From IMG/VR virus record IMGVR_UViG_3300027896_005002, positions 62,001 through 126,000 of that record: a stretch of DNA of 64,000 nt; one strand, given 5' to 3'. Shown here in pieces: positions 8,250 through 16,544 of this stretch. A program made the position numbers and the translations under genes. The notes beneath the pieces were generated by a model, which was not told where the DNA came from, ran no database searches, and worked only from the letters and a program-made list of their open reading frames with translations. The stretch's first letter is position 1; each line of letters starts with the position of its first letter.

Positions 8250-8430
8250 AAATCTGGCTGCCGTGCCGCAGCCACCGTTTCATCGAATAGGTACTTACCA
8301 TGGCTATTCGCTATCCTCTACAATGATGCCGAAGCACTAACCACGACACGTCAAGCCAAAGGTATCATATGGTCTCAGCTTGACCGTCCCTGTGACAAGA
8401 GCAAAGGTCGTTAATCATGTCGCCATATGA
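8250..8430 (-). ncRNA. unassigned structured RNA upstream of tmRNA
   Basis: GC-enriched intergenic segment with helices TCATATGG/CCATATGA, CGACAT/GTGTCG, GTCAAGC/GCTTGAC, CGAATAG/CTATTCG, GGCTGC/GCAGCC. Confidence 0.5.
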
Positions 8431-8440
8431 CTTATCAAAT

Positions 8441-8995
8441 TCACATTTTCTCTTTAACAAATATTTTTGCAATGTTATAAGCGTCATCAACACCTCTGTG
8501 ATGACGACCTTCAAGAGGAATATCTAACATTGTTAAAGCTTTATCCATTCCTATAGGTTTTATTTTATGCCTCTCAGCAAATTCATGTTTAAGACTTCTA
8601 CTAATTTTAAATGGTACTTCAATATCATATCTTTTACAATCTTTAGCTAACTGTCGATGATCATAGAAGCCCCAAGAACAAAATATAAAATTACTTAAAC
8701 TTTTCTCTGTTATTAAATAAACATTTTCTCGCCAAATATCCATTACAGTTCTAAAATCTTTTGCAATATCTATGGTAAATTGTTCAATACCGGTCAGTCG
8801 TCTACAAAAATCTGATAACATCGGATTCAATTGTGGTTTAACAAATAAACCTTGTGATAAAATTATGCGATAATCATCAGTAACAATTGAATAACCAATT
8901 TCAATTATTTCATTTTCATTTCGATTTGCTTTTACTCGACCTTCATTAGTATTTCTATCCCAACAAGTTGCTTCAAAATCTACTATTAAATACAT
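8441..8995 (-). CDS. DEDDh 3'-5' exonuclease (ERI-1/KapD-like)
   Basis: VDFEATC, EIIEIG, WGFYD, HHRGVDDA. Confidence 0.9.
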   Translation of the reverse strand: MYLIVDFEATCWDRNTNEGRVKANRNENEIIEIGYSIVTDDYRIILSQGLFVKPQLNPMLSDFCRRLTGIEQFTIDIAKDFRTVMDIWRENVYLITEKSLSNFIFCSWGFYDHRQLAKDCKRYDIEVPFKISRSLKHEFAERHKIKPIGMDKALTMLDIPLEGRHHRGVDDAYNIAKIFVKEKM

Positions 8996-9040
8996 GTTTC
9001 AATATTCAATTCATTTTTCATAGATTACAAATTAATTTAT

Positions 9041-9171
9041 TGGTGCGCGACTCCGGGTCTCGAACCCTAAATTTATTTTAAGCGTAAGGCCTTACCCTAT
9101 TGGGAACCACGTCTTTGCTCCTTACAACGGGCTACCTAAAATAAATTGCAGCCATCCTGCTAGAGTCACGC
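9041..9171 (-). ncRNA. 131-nt tRNA-like RNA with encoded CCA and no anticodon loop
   Basis: 9-bp acceptor GCGTGACTC/GAGTCGCGC, D-arm GCAG/CTGC, 12-bp helix ATTTATTTTAGG/CTTAAAATAAAT, T-arm GGG-TTCGAGA-CCC, ACCA end. Confidence 0.7.
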
Positions 9172-9438
9172 ATATCTTCCAGTTATCAGTTGATTTGTTA
9201 TTTTTCGAACAACAAATCCAGTCGATTCACCAAAAACCTTTCGACCAGTAGTTGTTGCAATTTCAAAATCATCAACAATTTTTATCTGACCTTTATGAAA
9301 AATAATATATTTACCATGATTTGCAGAATCCTTGATGATTTCAGACCATTTTTCATCCAGTAATTTTGCATTATCTATAACTTGTTGTTGAATCTTACCT
9401 ATTTTCTTTTTAGGGCCACTAACAAAAACATTTTTCAT
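9166..9438 (-). CDS. hypothetical protein
   Basis: 90-aa ORF coupled to upstream gene; stop overlaps the tRNA-like RNA. Confidence 0.55.
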   Translation of the reverse strand: MKNVFVSGPKKKIGKIQQQVIDNAKLLDEKWSEIIKDSANHGKYIIFHKGQIKIVDDFEIATTTGRKVFGESTGFVVRKITNQLITGRYA

Positions 9439-9839
9439 TTTACATCCATAATTGCTAAAGTTGTTAATATAAACATAATTATCAAATGAATTGATTGATC
9501 AATAGCTATTGTTGTATAAAACCAATAATCAGATTGAAATTCTTTTTTCGGATCATGAAACTTTCCATACAATTTCCAAACTACAGTGTCCTGAACAAAA
9601 TGAGTAAAAGTATAAAAAAACGATAAAATCAATGCTGCCCATAAGCAGATCTTAATACTAAACAATATGCCTATACAGCATGCAATAAAAAGAAATGTTC
9701 CTGTGATTGCAGAATGTAATAAGCAAATTAAAGGATTAGACGACTTTGACGTAGCCATTTTTCTTGATTGTAACAGCCAGTCTGATAAAAAATGCGATAA
9801 AATAAGTGTTATAATAAGACTTAACGGCATATTATTCAT
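9435..9839 (-). CDS. DUF3307-like membrane protein
   Basis: LSHFLSDWLLQ..K, H..H..D, DQSIH pattern with TM segments. Confidence 0.7.
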   Translation of the reverse strand: MNNMPLSLIITLILSHFLSDWLLQSRKMATSKSSNPLICLLHSAITGTFLFIACCIGILFSIKICLWAALILSFFYTFTHFVQDTVVWKLYGKFHDPKKEFQSDYWFYTTIAIDQSIHLIIMFILTTLAIMDVK

Positions 9840-9885
9840 AATTTCTCCTAAATTGATATTTTAGTAATTTATAAAGGATGTTAAT

Positions 9886-10176
9886 ATGAAAACAATTCTT
9901 TTTTTAGCATTTCTTTTAACATCTGACTATGAATATCAACTTGATGCTCTTACCAATAGTTGTAATTTGTTATATGGTCATAACTGGCAAATCTGTAAAA
10001 TTTTGACCCTACCTTATGACATCACTGATTCATTAAACTTGCCAAATATTTTTAGTGGCCGAATAATTGACCCAGGATATGTCTGGGAAAACACCACTAG
10101 AGATTCATGTTATCTAGTCGTAAAATATTGGCGTTATGGCATCATAAAATATAAAACTTTTTGGTTCATTAAGTAA
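9886..10176 (+). CDS. hypothetical protein, possible signal peptide
   Basis: SD AAGGA; MKTILFLAFLL start. Confidence 0.5.
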   Translation: MKTILFLAFLLTSDYEYQLDALTNSCNLLYGHNWQICKILTLPYDITDSLNLPNIFSGRIIDPGYVWENTTRDSCYLVVKYWRYGIIKYKTFWFIK

Positions 10177-10351
10177 TTATATAGTACTCGAAAAGTTTAA
10201 TTGGTTGATTGACTTTTTTACATGCTTCTATAGCAATTTTACTTGATATTTTTAGTAAATCTTCAGAGATAGTATGAAGTCCTGCATCCTCAAAATTATT
10301 AGACATTTTTATACATTTGTCTGCTATTTTTAATAAATGTCGTCTTTTCAT
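10169..10351 (-). CDS. hypothetical protein
   Basis: 60-aa ORF with SD-like AAGGA. Confidence 0.45.
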   Translation of the reverse strand: MKRRHLLKIADKCIKMSNNFEDAGLHTISEDLLKISSKIAIEACKKVNQPIKLFEYYIIT

Positions 10352-10371
10352 ACAAATCCTTAAGATTAAAA

Positions 10372-10445
10372 TGGGACTGGTAGGAGTCGAACCTACGACC
10401 TCAACTTTGTAAGAGTTGCATTCTGTACCACTGAAATACAGTCCC
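10372..10445 (-). tRNA. tRNA-Val(TAC)
   Basis: GGGACTG/CAGTCCC, CAACT-CTTACAA-AGTTG. Confidence 0.92.
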
Positions 10446-11436
10446 GATTATTCAAATTTTTAAATTCTCTTACTAAATGTGACATTCTAGTTGTACTAGT
10501 TTGCCACTTATTTGCTAATCTAGAAATTAAACCATATTCATTTATATCTATAACCATAGCTAATTCAACAAAAATTTGTTTTTTCTTATTTAAACGTTGT
10601 GATTCACACGGTGACAATTTTTTAATATTATTAATTTTAAAAAATCGACTTAATTGTCTTTCAGATATAGCAAGCTTACTAGCAATTGTTTTATTATCTA
10701 ATCCTTCATCAACTAATTGAATTATTTCTTTTGCTTTATTAGAAACATCATTAATTACAATTTCTTTTTGTAATTTAATTTCATTTGTAACATTTAAGCT
10801 TTTTGTTTCTAAAAATTGTTTTAATTGATTAATAACTGTGTCAAAATTTTTACAAATAGCTCTAGCATGAATATTTATTACCTTCCAACCTCTTTCAATA
10901 ATATATTTTTCACGATCAACATAATAAGATTTTAGTTCATTATTAAAATAATGAGCATTGCCATTGACTTCTATATCAATTTTTAAATTTATTATTGCAA
11001 AATCCATTCTATAATTTCTGTCAAAATCATCTGGTGTATATTCTTGAATAATTTTTTCATCAACATTACATTCTAACCATTGTCTTAATATTTTCTCAGG
11101 ATATGTTTCTTTTTTCTTTCGCCAAGGATGATTTATTCTAGTTTTTAACCACTTTGATGTACTTTTTGACAATCGTTTTTTAGATTCTTCTGTATGTTGA
11201 ACTGGATATTTCTTTCTAGCTAATATCATTGCTTCACTTAAATTACGTCTATTTTTAATTGCAAGTTTTGTAATAAATCTTGGAAAACGACCTAAATGTC
11301 TTATTTCTCGCAATGATAAACCATTTTTATAATACAATTCTTTTACTTTATCGATGTCATCTTTAGTTACACATTTATGATTTGTAAATGCACCATTATT
11401 TGTAAAAGATCTATTACATTTTTGACATTTTATCAT
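10393..11436 (-). CDS. Zn-finger + DUF559-type putative homing endonuclease + HTH
   Basis: CQKC..H.C N-terminus; TYPE..YRMDF..DIEVNGNAHY..DRE; last codons run into tRNA-Val. Confidence 0.75.
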   Translation of the reverse strand: MIKCQKCNRSFTNNGAFTNHKCVTKDDIDKVKELYYKNGLSLREIRHLGRFPRFITKLAIKNRRNLSEAMILARKKYPVQHTEESKKRLSKSTSKWLKTRINHPWRKKKETYPEKILRQWLECNVDEKIIQEYTPDDFDRNYRMDFAIINLKIDIEVNGNAHYFNNELKSYYVDREKYIIERGWKVINIHARAICKNFDTVINQLKQFLETKSLNVTNEIKLQKEIVINDVSNKAKEIIQLVDEGLDNKTIASKLAISERQLSRFFKINNIKKLSPCESQRLNKKKQIFVELAMVIDINEYGLISRLANKWQTSTTRMSHLVREFKNLNNRDCISVVQNATLTKLRS

Positions 11437-11443
11437 ATTAAAA

Positions 11444-11518
11444 TGGGTGTAGCTAGATTTGAACTAGCGCATACCACCTTATCAGAGTGGTGCCGTAACC
11501 AAGCTTGGCTATACACCC
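11444..11518 (-). tRNA. tRNA-Ile(GAT)
   Basis: GGGTGTA/TACACCC, CCACT-CTGATAA-GGTGG. Confidence 0.92.
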
Positions 11519-11823
11519 GTTAAATTCTTATGTTTAATTATTCCTGATTCATTTTCTTCCCAAAAAGAAATTTCATAATTTGGTAATTCTTCTTTTAATT
11601 TTTTTGCTAATTTCATTCCAATTTCATTCATCTCTTTTGATTTACCTGGCTTAAAAGTTGTAAAATCTTCTTCAAAACAATCATCATAAAATGTAATCCA
11701 GTTTTCAAACTCATTTGCTAATTGTTTTGATATTGGAAGATCTTCATAATCAATCATAACACCAGTTTTATCATTCCATATACCAGAACTTGTAAAATCA
11801 GGCATTACTTTTATTTTTTTCAT
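11509..11823 (-). CDS. hypothetical protein
   Basis: 104-aa ORF; stop lies inside tRNA-Ile 5' end. Confidence 0.55.
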   Translation of the reverse strand: MKKIKVMPDFTSSGIWNDKTGVMIDYEDLPISKQLANEFENWITFYDDCFEEDFTTFKPGKSKEMNEIGMKLAKKLKEELPNYEISFWEENESGIIKHKNLTGV

Positions 11824-12197
11824 TTTAACTCAAATAAATGATATTTTGTTTTACCAGTAAAATATTTTCCATATACTTTAGAATCATCAATATGTAAATC
11901 AATTTTCATTCTTTCGCAATATTCTGCTTTTGTCTTATTCCATAAATCTTCATCAATCCAAGGTCCATTGTCTTCATATCTTATTAGTGTGCCTATAGAT
12001 TTATGATAGTCTATGATAGAAAATAAATGAGTGTATATAATATTGAAATTCTGTATTTTTAATTTAAATTCATTTGTGATTGTCTCGCCAGTTATTATAT
12101 GTACTTCATGATCATTTTTAACAAGAAGATCACTCATTACAGAAAATAATTCTGGTCCTTTATCGATAACGCCATGAAAATCTAATCCTAACTTCAT
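11820..12197 (-). CDS. HAD-superfamily-like protein
   Basis: Start moved to MKLGLDFHGVID (SD AGGAGA); HIITG, K, HIDDS motifs; ORF-track N-terminus is tRNA-Ala. Confidence 0.6.
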   Translation of the reverse strand: MKLGLDFHGVIDKGPELFSVMSDLLVKNDHEVHIITGETITNEFKLKIQNFNIIYTHLFSIIDYHKSIGTLIRYEDNGPWIDEDLWNKTKAEYCERMKIDLHIDDSKVYGKYFTGKTKYHLFELK

Positions 12198-12213
12198 TTT
12201 TCTCCTTTTAATA

Positions 12214-12289
12214 TGGTGGAGCTGACCGGGATCGAACCGGTGACCTCCTGCTTGCAAAACAGGCGCTCTCCCAATTGAGCTACAGCCCC
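12214..12289 (-). tRNA. tRNA-Ala(TGC)
   Basis: GGGGCTG/CAGCTCC with G3-U70, loop TTTGCAA, CCA. Confidence 0.96.
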
Positions 12290-12290
12290 A

Positions 12291-12497
12291 TTAATTAATT
12301 GAACACTGCTTTTTTAATTTTCGTGCAGCACGAGCAGCACTACTAAAATATCCAGGATGTTCTAGCTTATATTTTGCCGAAAGTCCCGGATGTTCTTTCC
12401 TATATGTTCGAGCTGCTTTAATAAATTTTTTATGATATTTATAATGTTCACAATTTTTACAATTCATTTTATACCGTCCTATCTTCTTAATCAACAA
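12291..12497 (-). CDS. small basic hypothetical protein
   Basis: CKNC motif, two (K/L)EHPG repeats. Confidence 0.45.
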   Translation of the reverse strand: MLIKKIGRYKMNCKNCEHYKYHKKFIKAARTYRKEHPGLSAKYKLEHPGYFSSAARAARKLKKQCSIN

Positions 12498-13353
12498 AAG
12501 CTACAAATTTTGCACCGGCTGCCTGACTTTCAGTATTGAGAACAACTCGATGCCAAATATTTCCTAAATCAAGTGTTCGATGTTCTTTATGTGTTATTTT
12601 ACCTTTTACCCAAACAGTTGCATTTCTTTGACGAACTTGCCAACTAATCCTTGGATTTTTTTGATCTTTTGGATCAAGGGCTTTAAATTCTTCTTCAGTC
12701 AATCCAATTGACCGAGATTGTTCATTGAATCGAGAAATATAAACTTTAGTACCACCTGATCGATAAAGATTTTCTGCAAAATGAGAATTTCCACGACCTC
12801 TGCTCATTGGTTCATGTCGATGAATTACTGTCAAAGATCCAGAAGGCACTTGAAAAGTCGGTTCAGCAATGAACATAAATTCACCCTGACGATGAATCTT
12901 TCGTCCTGAATTTAATTTTCGATGCCGTTTATGCATACGATTTGCTTTAAGTCCTTCTTGTTGTTCAACTTCCAAAACTTCTTTTGGTTTCAAATTTTGT
13001 TTTGCTTGAAAAACAGTTGCTGCTTTTTCAGGAACTGCACAAGTAAACCAGTTTCGTTCATCATGTCCGCAAAGAAATCTTGAAATTGATACTCTTCGTG
13101 GATCACTTAATTGAGAAAAAGTCGGATGACCATTCGGGTCTTTAACAAGAAGTAAAAGATGACGATCCTTTTTTTGAATATCAGTGATCATCATTTCAAT
13201 TTCTTTTTTAACTCGAATGTCAAAAAATTCACCTTCCGAATCTTTCCGAATATCAATCGAAAAAGACTGATTGTTATTCCAACGATTGTCAGGTTCTGAA
13301 AATTTCACTCGAGCTCCCATTAAAGAGAACTTTTTTTCAATAATTGTATTCAT
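12487..13353 (-). CDS. hypothetical protein
   Basis: Long ORF; start MNTIIEKK chosen because a 52-aa ORF (13358-13516) occupies the upstream part. Confidence 0.65.
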   Translation of the reverse strand: MNTIIEKKFSLMGARVKFSEPDNRWNNNQSFSIDIRKDSEGEFFDIRVKKEIEMMITDIQKKDRHLLLLVKDPNGHPTFSQLSDPRRVSISRFLCGHDERNWFTCAVPEKAATVFQAKQNLKPKEVLEVEQQEGLKANRMHKRHRKLNSGRKIHRQGEFMFIAEPTFQVPSGSLTVIHRHEPMSRGRGNSHFAENLYRSGGTKVYISRFNEQSRSIGLTEEEFKALDPKDQKNPRISWQVRQRNATVWVKGKITHKEHRTLDLGNIWHRVVLNTESQAAGAKFVAFVD

Positions 13354-13569
13354 TAATTCACCTTGACCTTGATTTGTTTTTGTGTGATCCATCAACTATA
13401 TATCTATAGCGAGGACCATCTTTTGTGTAAATTATTTCATGATCCCGTGCATATTTTTTATCTGCTCTCAATCGTAAAAGTTCGATTTTATAATGACATG
13501 TTAAACAATTTTTCATAATAATGTTGTTCCCATAACCAGGCTTCTGTTTTATCTCTACATTTGTCTAAG

Positions 13570-13724
13570 CCCTCGACCCGTCCGTCATAGCGTTGCTCAC
13601 CCGCTAGGACTGTTTGAGGTTGCACCCTCGGAAGTGTAAACGACCAATTAAGTCTCCTTCCTTAAGCAATAGTGGCCTGAGTTTCCTCACCGATAATCTA
13701 ATATCATCGGCGCGTAGAGTCGGA
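13570..13724 (-). ncRNA. unassigned multi-hairpin structured RNA downstream of tRNA-Thr
   Basis: Closing helix CGACTC/GGGTCG around hairpins CCGATGAT/ATTATCGG, TGAG-GAAA-CTCA, TTAAG/CTTAA, GAGG/CCTC, TAGCG/CGCTA. Confidence 0.6.
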
Positions 13725-13742
13725 ACAACATTTTGAATCAAA

Positions 13743-13826
13743 AGCTGGAGGAGAGATTTGAACTCCCGACGGTGTTTCCACTCCGGATTACAAATCCGGT
13801 GCACTCGACCACTATGCGACTCCAGC
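13743..13826 (-). tRNA. tRNA-Thr(TGT) with long variable arm
   Basis: GCTGGAG/CTCCAGC, CCGGA-TTTGTAA-TCCGG, extra arm GTG-GAAA-CAC. Confidence 0.85.
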
Positions 13827-13834
13827 ATTTAAAG

Positions 13835-13972
13835 TTAGTCATATAAAACAATCGACCGTGATTTTCGAATTGCGCATTGACACTCGTGATCGCCGCGATT
13901 TTCTCAAGACAAGTTTTTCACCTGTTCACCTCACTGACAGTCTGCGCTCAACATACGGTTTTATATGACTAA
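13835..13972 (-). ncRNA. unassigned RNA closed by a perfect 15-bp inverted repeat
   Basis: TTAGTCATATAAAAC (13835-13849) / GTTTTATATGACTAA (13958-13972) around a GC-enriched, internally paired core. Confidence 0.55.
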
Positions 13973-14553
13973 TTTTCCACAACACCTCCTAAGATTTTCT
14001 CGACATAGATTCTATGTGCGAGGTTATTTGGGTTATAAGTAAAATTCATTGTGACATATTGACCTTTATTTGATCTTGGTACATAAGGCTTTGAAATCAA
14101 TTTCAAACCAGCTTCTTCCGGTGTACGACCTCTTTTGATTACAACATTATGCCATCTACAAGCACAAACAGCATTTTCAAAAGAATGAACTGCTCCACCT
14201 CTACTTTTTGGTATTATGTGATCTAAAGTTCGTTCATCCGGTTGACACTTATATTTAAAAGCTTTTCCATCATTCTCAAAATGCCAGTATTGACAAATAT
14301 TTTTATCTCTACGAAATACAGCTTCTTTATTGAAGCCGATTTCTTCTTTCTTGATTTTATATCCGGCAAACTCCAGTAATTGTACAACAAATGGTCTTTT
14401 TAAACGAATTGTGGTGCTGCCAACCTCTTCACGTTCATCAGCAACAAGAACTTTTATTTTTTGTTTTGCCCACCATTTTAATACTTTGTCAAGATTTACT
14501 TCCGCCCAAAACTGATAGTTTCTATTTAATACAACTACTGAAGTCATAGTCAA
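13969..14553 (-). CDS. HNH endonuclease (McrA-like)
   Basis: VVVLNRNYQ, VFRRDKNICQY, TLDHIIPKSRGG..ENAVCACRWHN. Confidence 0.88.
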   Translation of the reverse strand: MTMTSVVVLNRNYQFWAEVNLDKVLKWWAKQKIKVLVADEREEVGSTTIRLKRPFVVQLLEFAGYKIKKEEIGFNKEAVFRRDKNICQYWHFENDGKAFKYKCQPDERTLDHIIPKSRGGAVHSFENAVCACRWHNVVIKRGRTPEEAGLKLISKPYVPRSNKGQYVTMNFTYNPNNLAHRIYVEKILGGVVEN

Positions 14554-14649
14554 TTATTTTCCTTTCTTTTCAAAGATTTTACTTTGTACATCTTGTGTCA
14601 TACATTAAATAGCATTTACAATTCTTCATATTATCCTCCTATAAAAATT

Positions 14650-14726
14650 TGGTGTTGATGAGTGGAGTTGAACCACCGACCTTCTGATTATGATTCAGAT
14701 GCTGCTACCGACTGAGCTACATCAAC
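14650..14726 (-). tRNA. tRNA-Met/Ile2(CAT), elongator type
   Basis: GTTGATG/CATCAAC, TCTGA-ATCATAA-TCAGA, CCA. Confidence 0.88.
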
Positions 14727-14744
14727 ATATTTACAATCTAATCT

Positions 14745-14779
14745 AAAAAAAAGCCCCGTTGTTTGTGGCAACAGGGCTT
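14745..14779 (-). terminator. intrinsic terminator (3:4 hairpin of attenuator 1)
   Basis: AAGCCCTGTTG-CCACAAA-CAACGGGGCTT followed by U-tract. Confidence 0.88.
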
Positions 14780-14809
14780 TTTAAATTCTTATATATAAGC
14801 CCTGTTACA

Positions 14810-14890
14810 CTATGTGGCTCCTCTTGCTGTACTAATCGTAATACGCATAGATTTGACTACCACGAGTAACTTTATAAAATTATAATGCAT
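14810..14890 (-). CDS. leader peptide MHYNFIKLLVVVKSMRITISTARGAT
   Basis: Hand translation; stop TAG 3 nt before region 2. Confidence 0.7.
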   Translation of the reverse strand: MHYNFIKLLVVVKSMRITISTARGAT

Positions 14891-14941
14891 ATTTATCCTT
14901 TTGAGTAATAATCAAGTAAAAAGTCATAGATGGCCATTTTA

Positions 14942-15544
14942 TCAATAAAATATTAATTTTTTATTTTTCATTAAAATATCATTTATATTTTTAATGTCTT
15001 TTAAAATATCAAAAATTATTTTTTTATGTCCTTCTTTTTGTAGATTGATCACAGGTATTGACCAATTATTTTTATCAGATTTAGTAATTAATTCAGCTAA
15101 TTTAATAGCTTGACCTGTTCCTCCCGAAGCTTCACCATCTTTCGTCCAACATATAACTAAATCAGTTGGTTTATCTAAATTAGCTCCTAAAATTTGAAAA
15201 CAATTTCTAGACATCAATGCTTTTGTAAATTCTTTCAATCTATTCCATTCACAAATATCTCTAATACTCCAAACACTTTCTGCGTAATCAATCGCAGTAT
15301 CACTGTCAACATTCGGACCGCCAAAATATAATTCTGATGGATGTCTTTGAAATAACTTTTTTGGTAAATAAATTTCTTTTTTTCCTTTAACTTCATCACA
15401 TCCATATTCAAAAGCAGAATCTGCTCCTTCTGCTGCACCACTTCGCAATGTCCATCCATTCAAAGCAAAAGCTTTAGCAATGTCAATAATTAAAGTTATG
15501 ACATTACTTGGCGTTTCTCTCGATCCAATGCCAGTGTAAATCAA
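14942..15544 (-). CDS. SLOG-fold (DprA/YspA-like) protein
   Basis: YTGIGSRETP, LRSGAAEGADSAFE, CWT..G..SGGTGQAI. Confidence 0.75.
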   Translation of the reverse strand: MIYTGIGSRETPSNVITLIIDIAKAFALNGWTLRSGAAEGADSAFEYGCDEVKGKKEIYLPKKLFQRHPSELYFGGPNVDSDTAIDYAESVWSIRDICEWNRLKEFTKALMSRNCFQILGANLDKPTDLVICWTKDGEASGGTGQAIKLAELITKSDKNNWSIPVINLQKEGHKKIIFDILKDIKNINDILMKNKKLIFY

Positions 15545-15601
15545 TGAACATCACTCATCAAATCTAAAACAATAGTATCATTGTCATCAAATATGTCATT
15601 T

Positions 15602-16080
15602 TCATACAAAACATGAAAAACAATCGCCAAATTCATTTTCAATCGACCAATTTAACTTTGCAAGTGCTTTTGCATCATCCTCCGTTAATTTATCAATAAT
15701 ATCATTTACATCAACTGAAAAAATGACATCATGTTCTGCACCTTCAATAAGCCTTTCAGTATATTTTGACAAAATCTTAAGTCCTTGAAAAGCATTATCA
15801 CCTTCCCAACTGGATTCAGTACTCTTAAAAATTTGTTTTAATTGTTCTCTAGTCATAATCCTCCATTAATGCATTATAAAATTACTAAATCTTTATATTT
15901 ACGAAAATTTCGCAAAACTTTTTTATCACATTGACCAAAAACAAATGTTTTTCCAGGACGTAAGTTAATTGTCCCATCATCTATTTTGATTATATAAGAT
16001 TGTTTTCCTGTATTAATGACTTTAATTTCTTTGTCACAAATCTTAATTACTTTGTCCTGAACCTCAAATACAACTTCCAT
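15602..16080 (-). CDS. two small hypothetical proteins (15602-15856, 15874-16080)
   Basis: Co-oriented ORFs in a tightly packed operon. Confidence 0.5.
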
Positions 16081-16088
16081 TGTTTTTC

Positions 16089-16544
16089 CTATTGTTGCTC
16101 AATTATTTCATCTACCCCTTCATCAAGACTTGGCTCTTCAAACTTTGCAGTCATCTTATCAATTACAGTTTGCCATTGTTCTCTTGATATATTTCTAGAA
16201 TCTAACATTCTATAACCTAAGGGATTTGGCTTTTTACAATATACAAATATTCTTTTATCAAAAGCTTTACAATGCGATAACCAAGCTGCACGATGCTGTT
16301 TATCAATATTAGTTTCATCAATTATCACATTAAATCCATTAACAATAGCCTTTTCAAGACATGTAATCGTCATTTCATGAACAAGAGGTTCTAAATTTTC
16401 AGTGTACAAATAATATCCATTTATCATTTGTCGAAATGAATCTCTATTAACAATTACTATATTTGGCTCTTCTTTAACTTTCATACGAGACCACGTACTC
16501 TTACCTGAGCCTGGAAGCCCAATCATTATATAAACTATTTTCAT
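16089..16544 (-). CDS. P-loop kinase (AAA_33 / T4 PNK kinase-like)
   Basis: GLPGSGKS, VNRDSFR, IIDETN, R..R. Confidence 0.85.
   Translation of the reverse strand: MKIVYIMIGLPGSGKSTWSRMKVKEEPNIVIVNRDSFRQMINGYYLYTENLEPLVHEMTITCLEKAIVNGFNVIIDETNIDKQHRAAWLSHCKAFDKRIFVYCKKPNPLGYRMLDSRNISREQWQTVIDKMTAKFEEPSLDEGVDEIIEQQ

Larger units (their letters stand above)
14745..14900 (-). promoter_or_regulatory. ribosome-dependent transcription attenuator 1
   Basis: SD AAGGA, leader ORF, region 2 AACAGGGCTT (14797-14806) perfectly complementary to terminator 5' arm; 1:2 pairing GTTAC..GTGG/CCAC..GTAAC. Confidence 0.75.

Noticed and set aside
8250-8430. Twister, pistol or hammerhead ribozyme, or lysine riboswitch
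   Set aside because: Only scattered motif fragments; the conserved cores are not in the required order.
9041-9171. tRNA-Sec, tmRNA fragment or intron-containing tRNA
   Set aside because: No UCA anticodon loop, no G3-U70 or tag, and no group I core or bulge-helix-bulge motif that I could find.
13835-13972. Retron msr-msd
   Set aside because: No reverse transcriptase in the window and no long perfect msd hairpin; kept only as an unassigned RNA.
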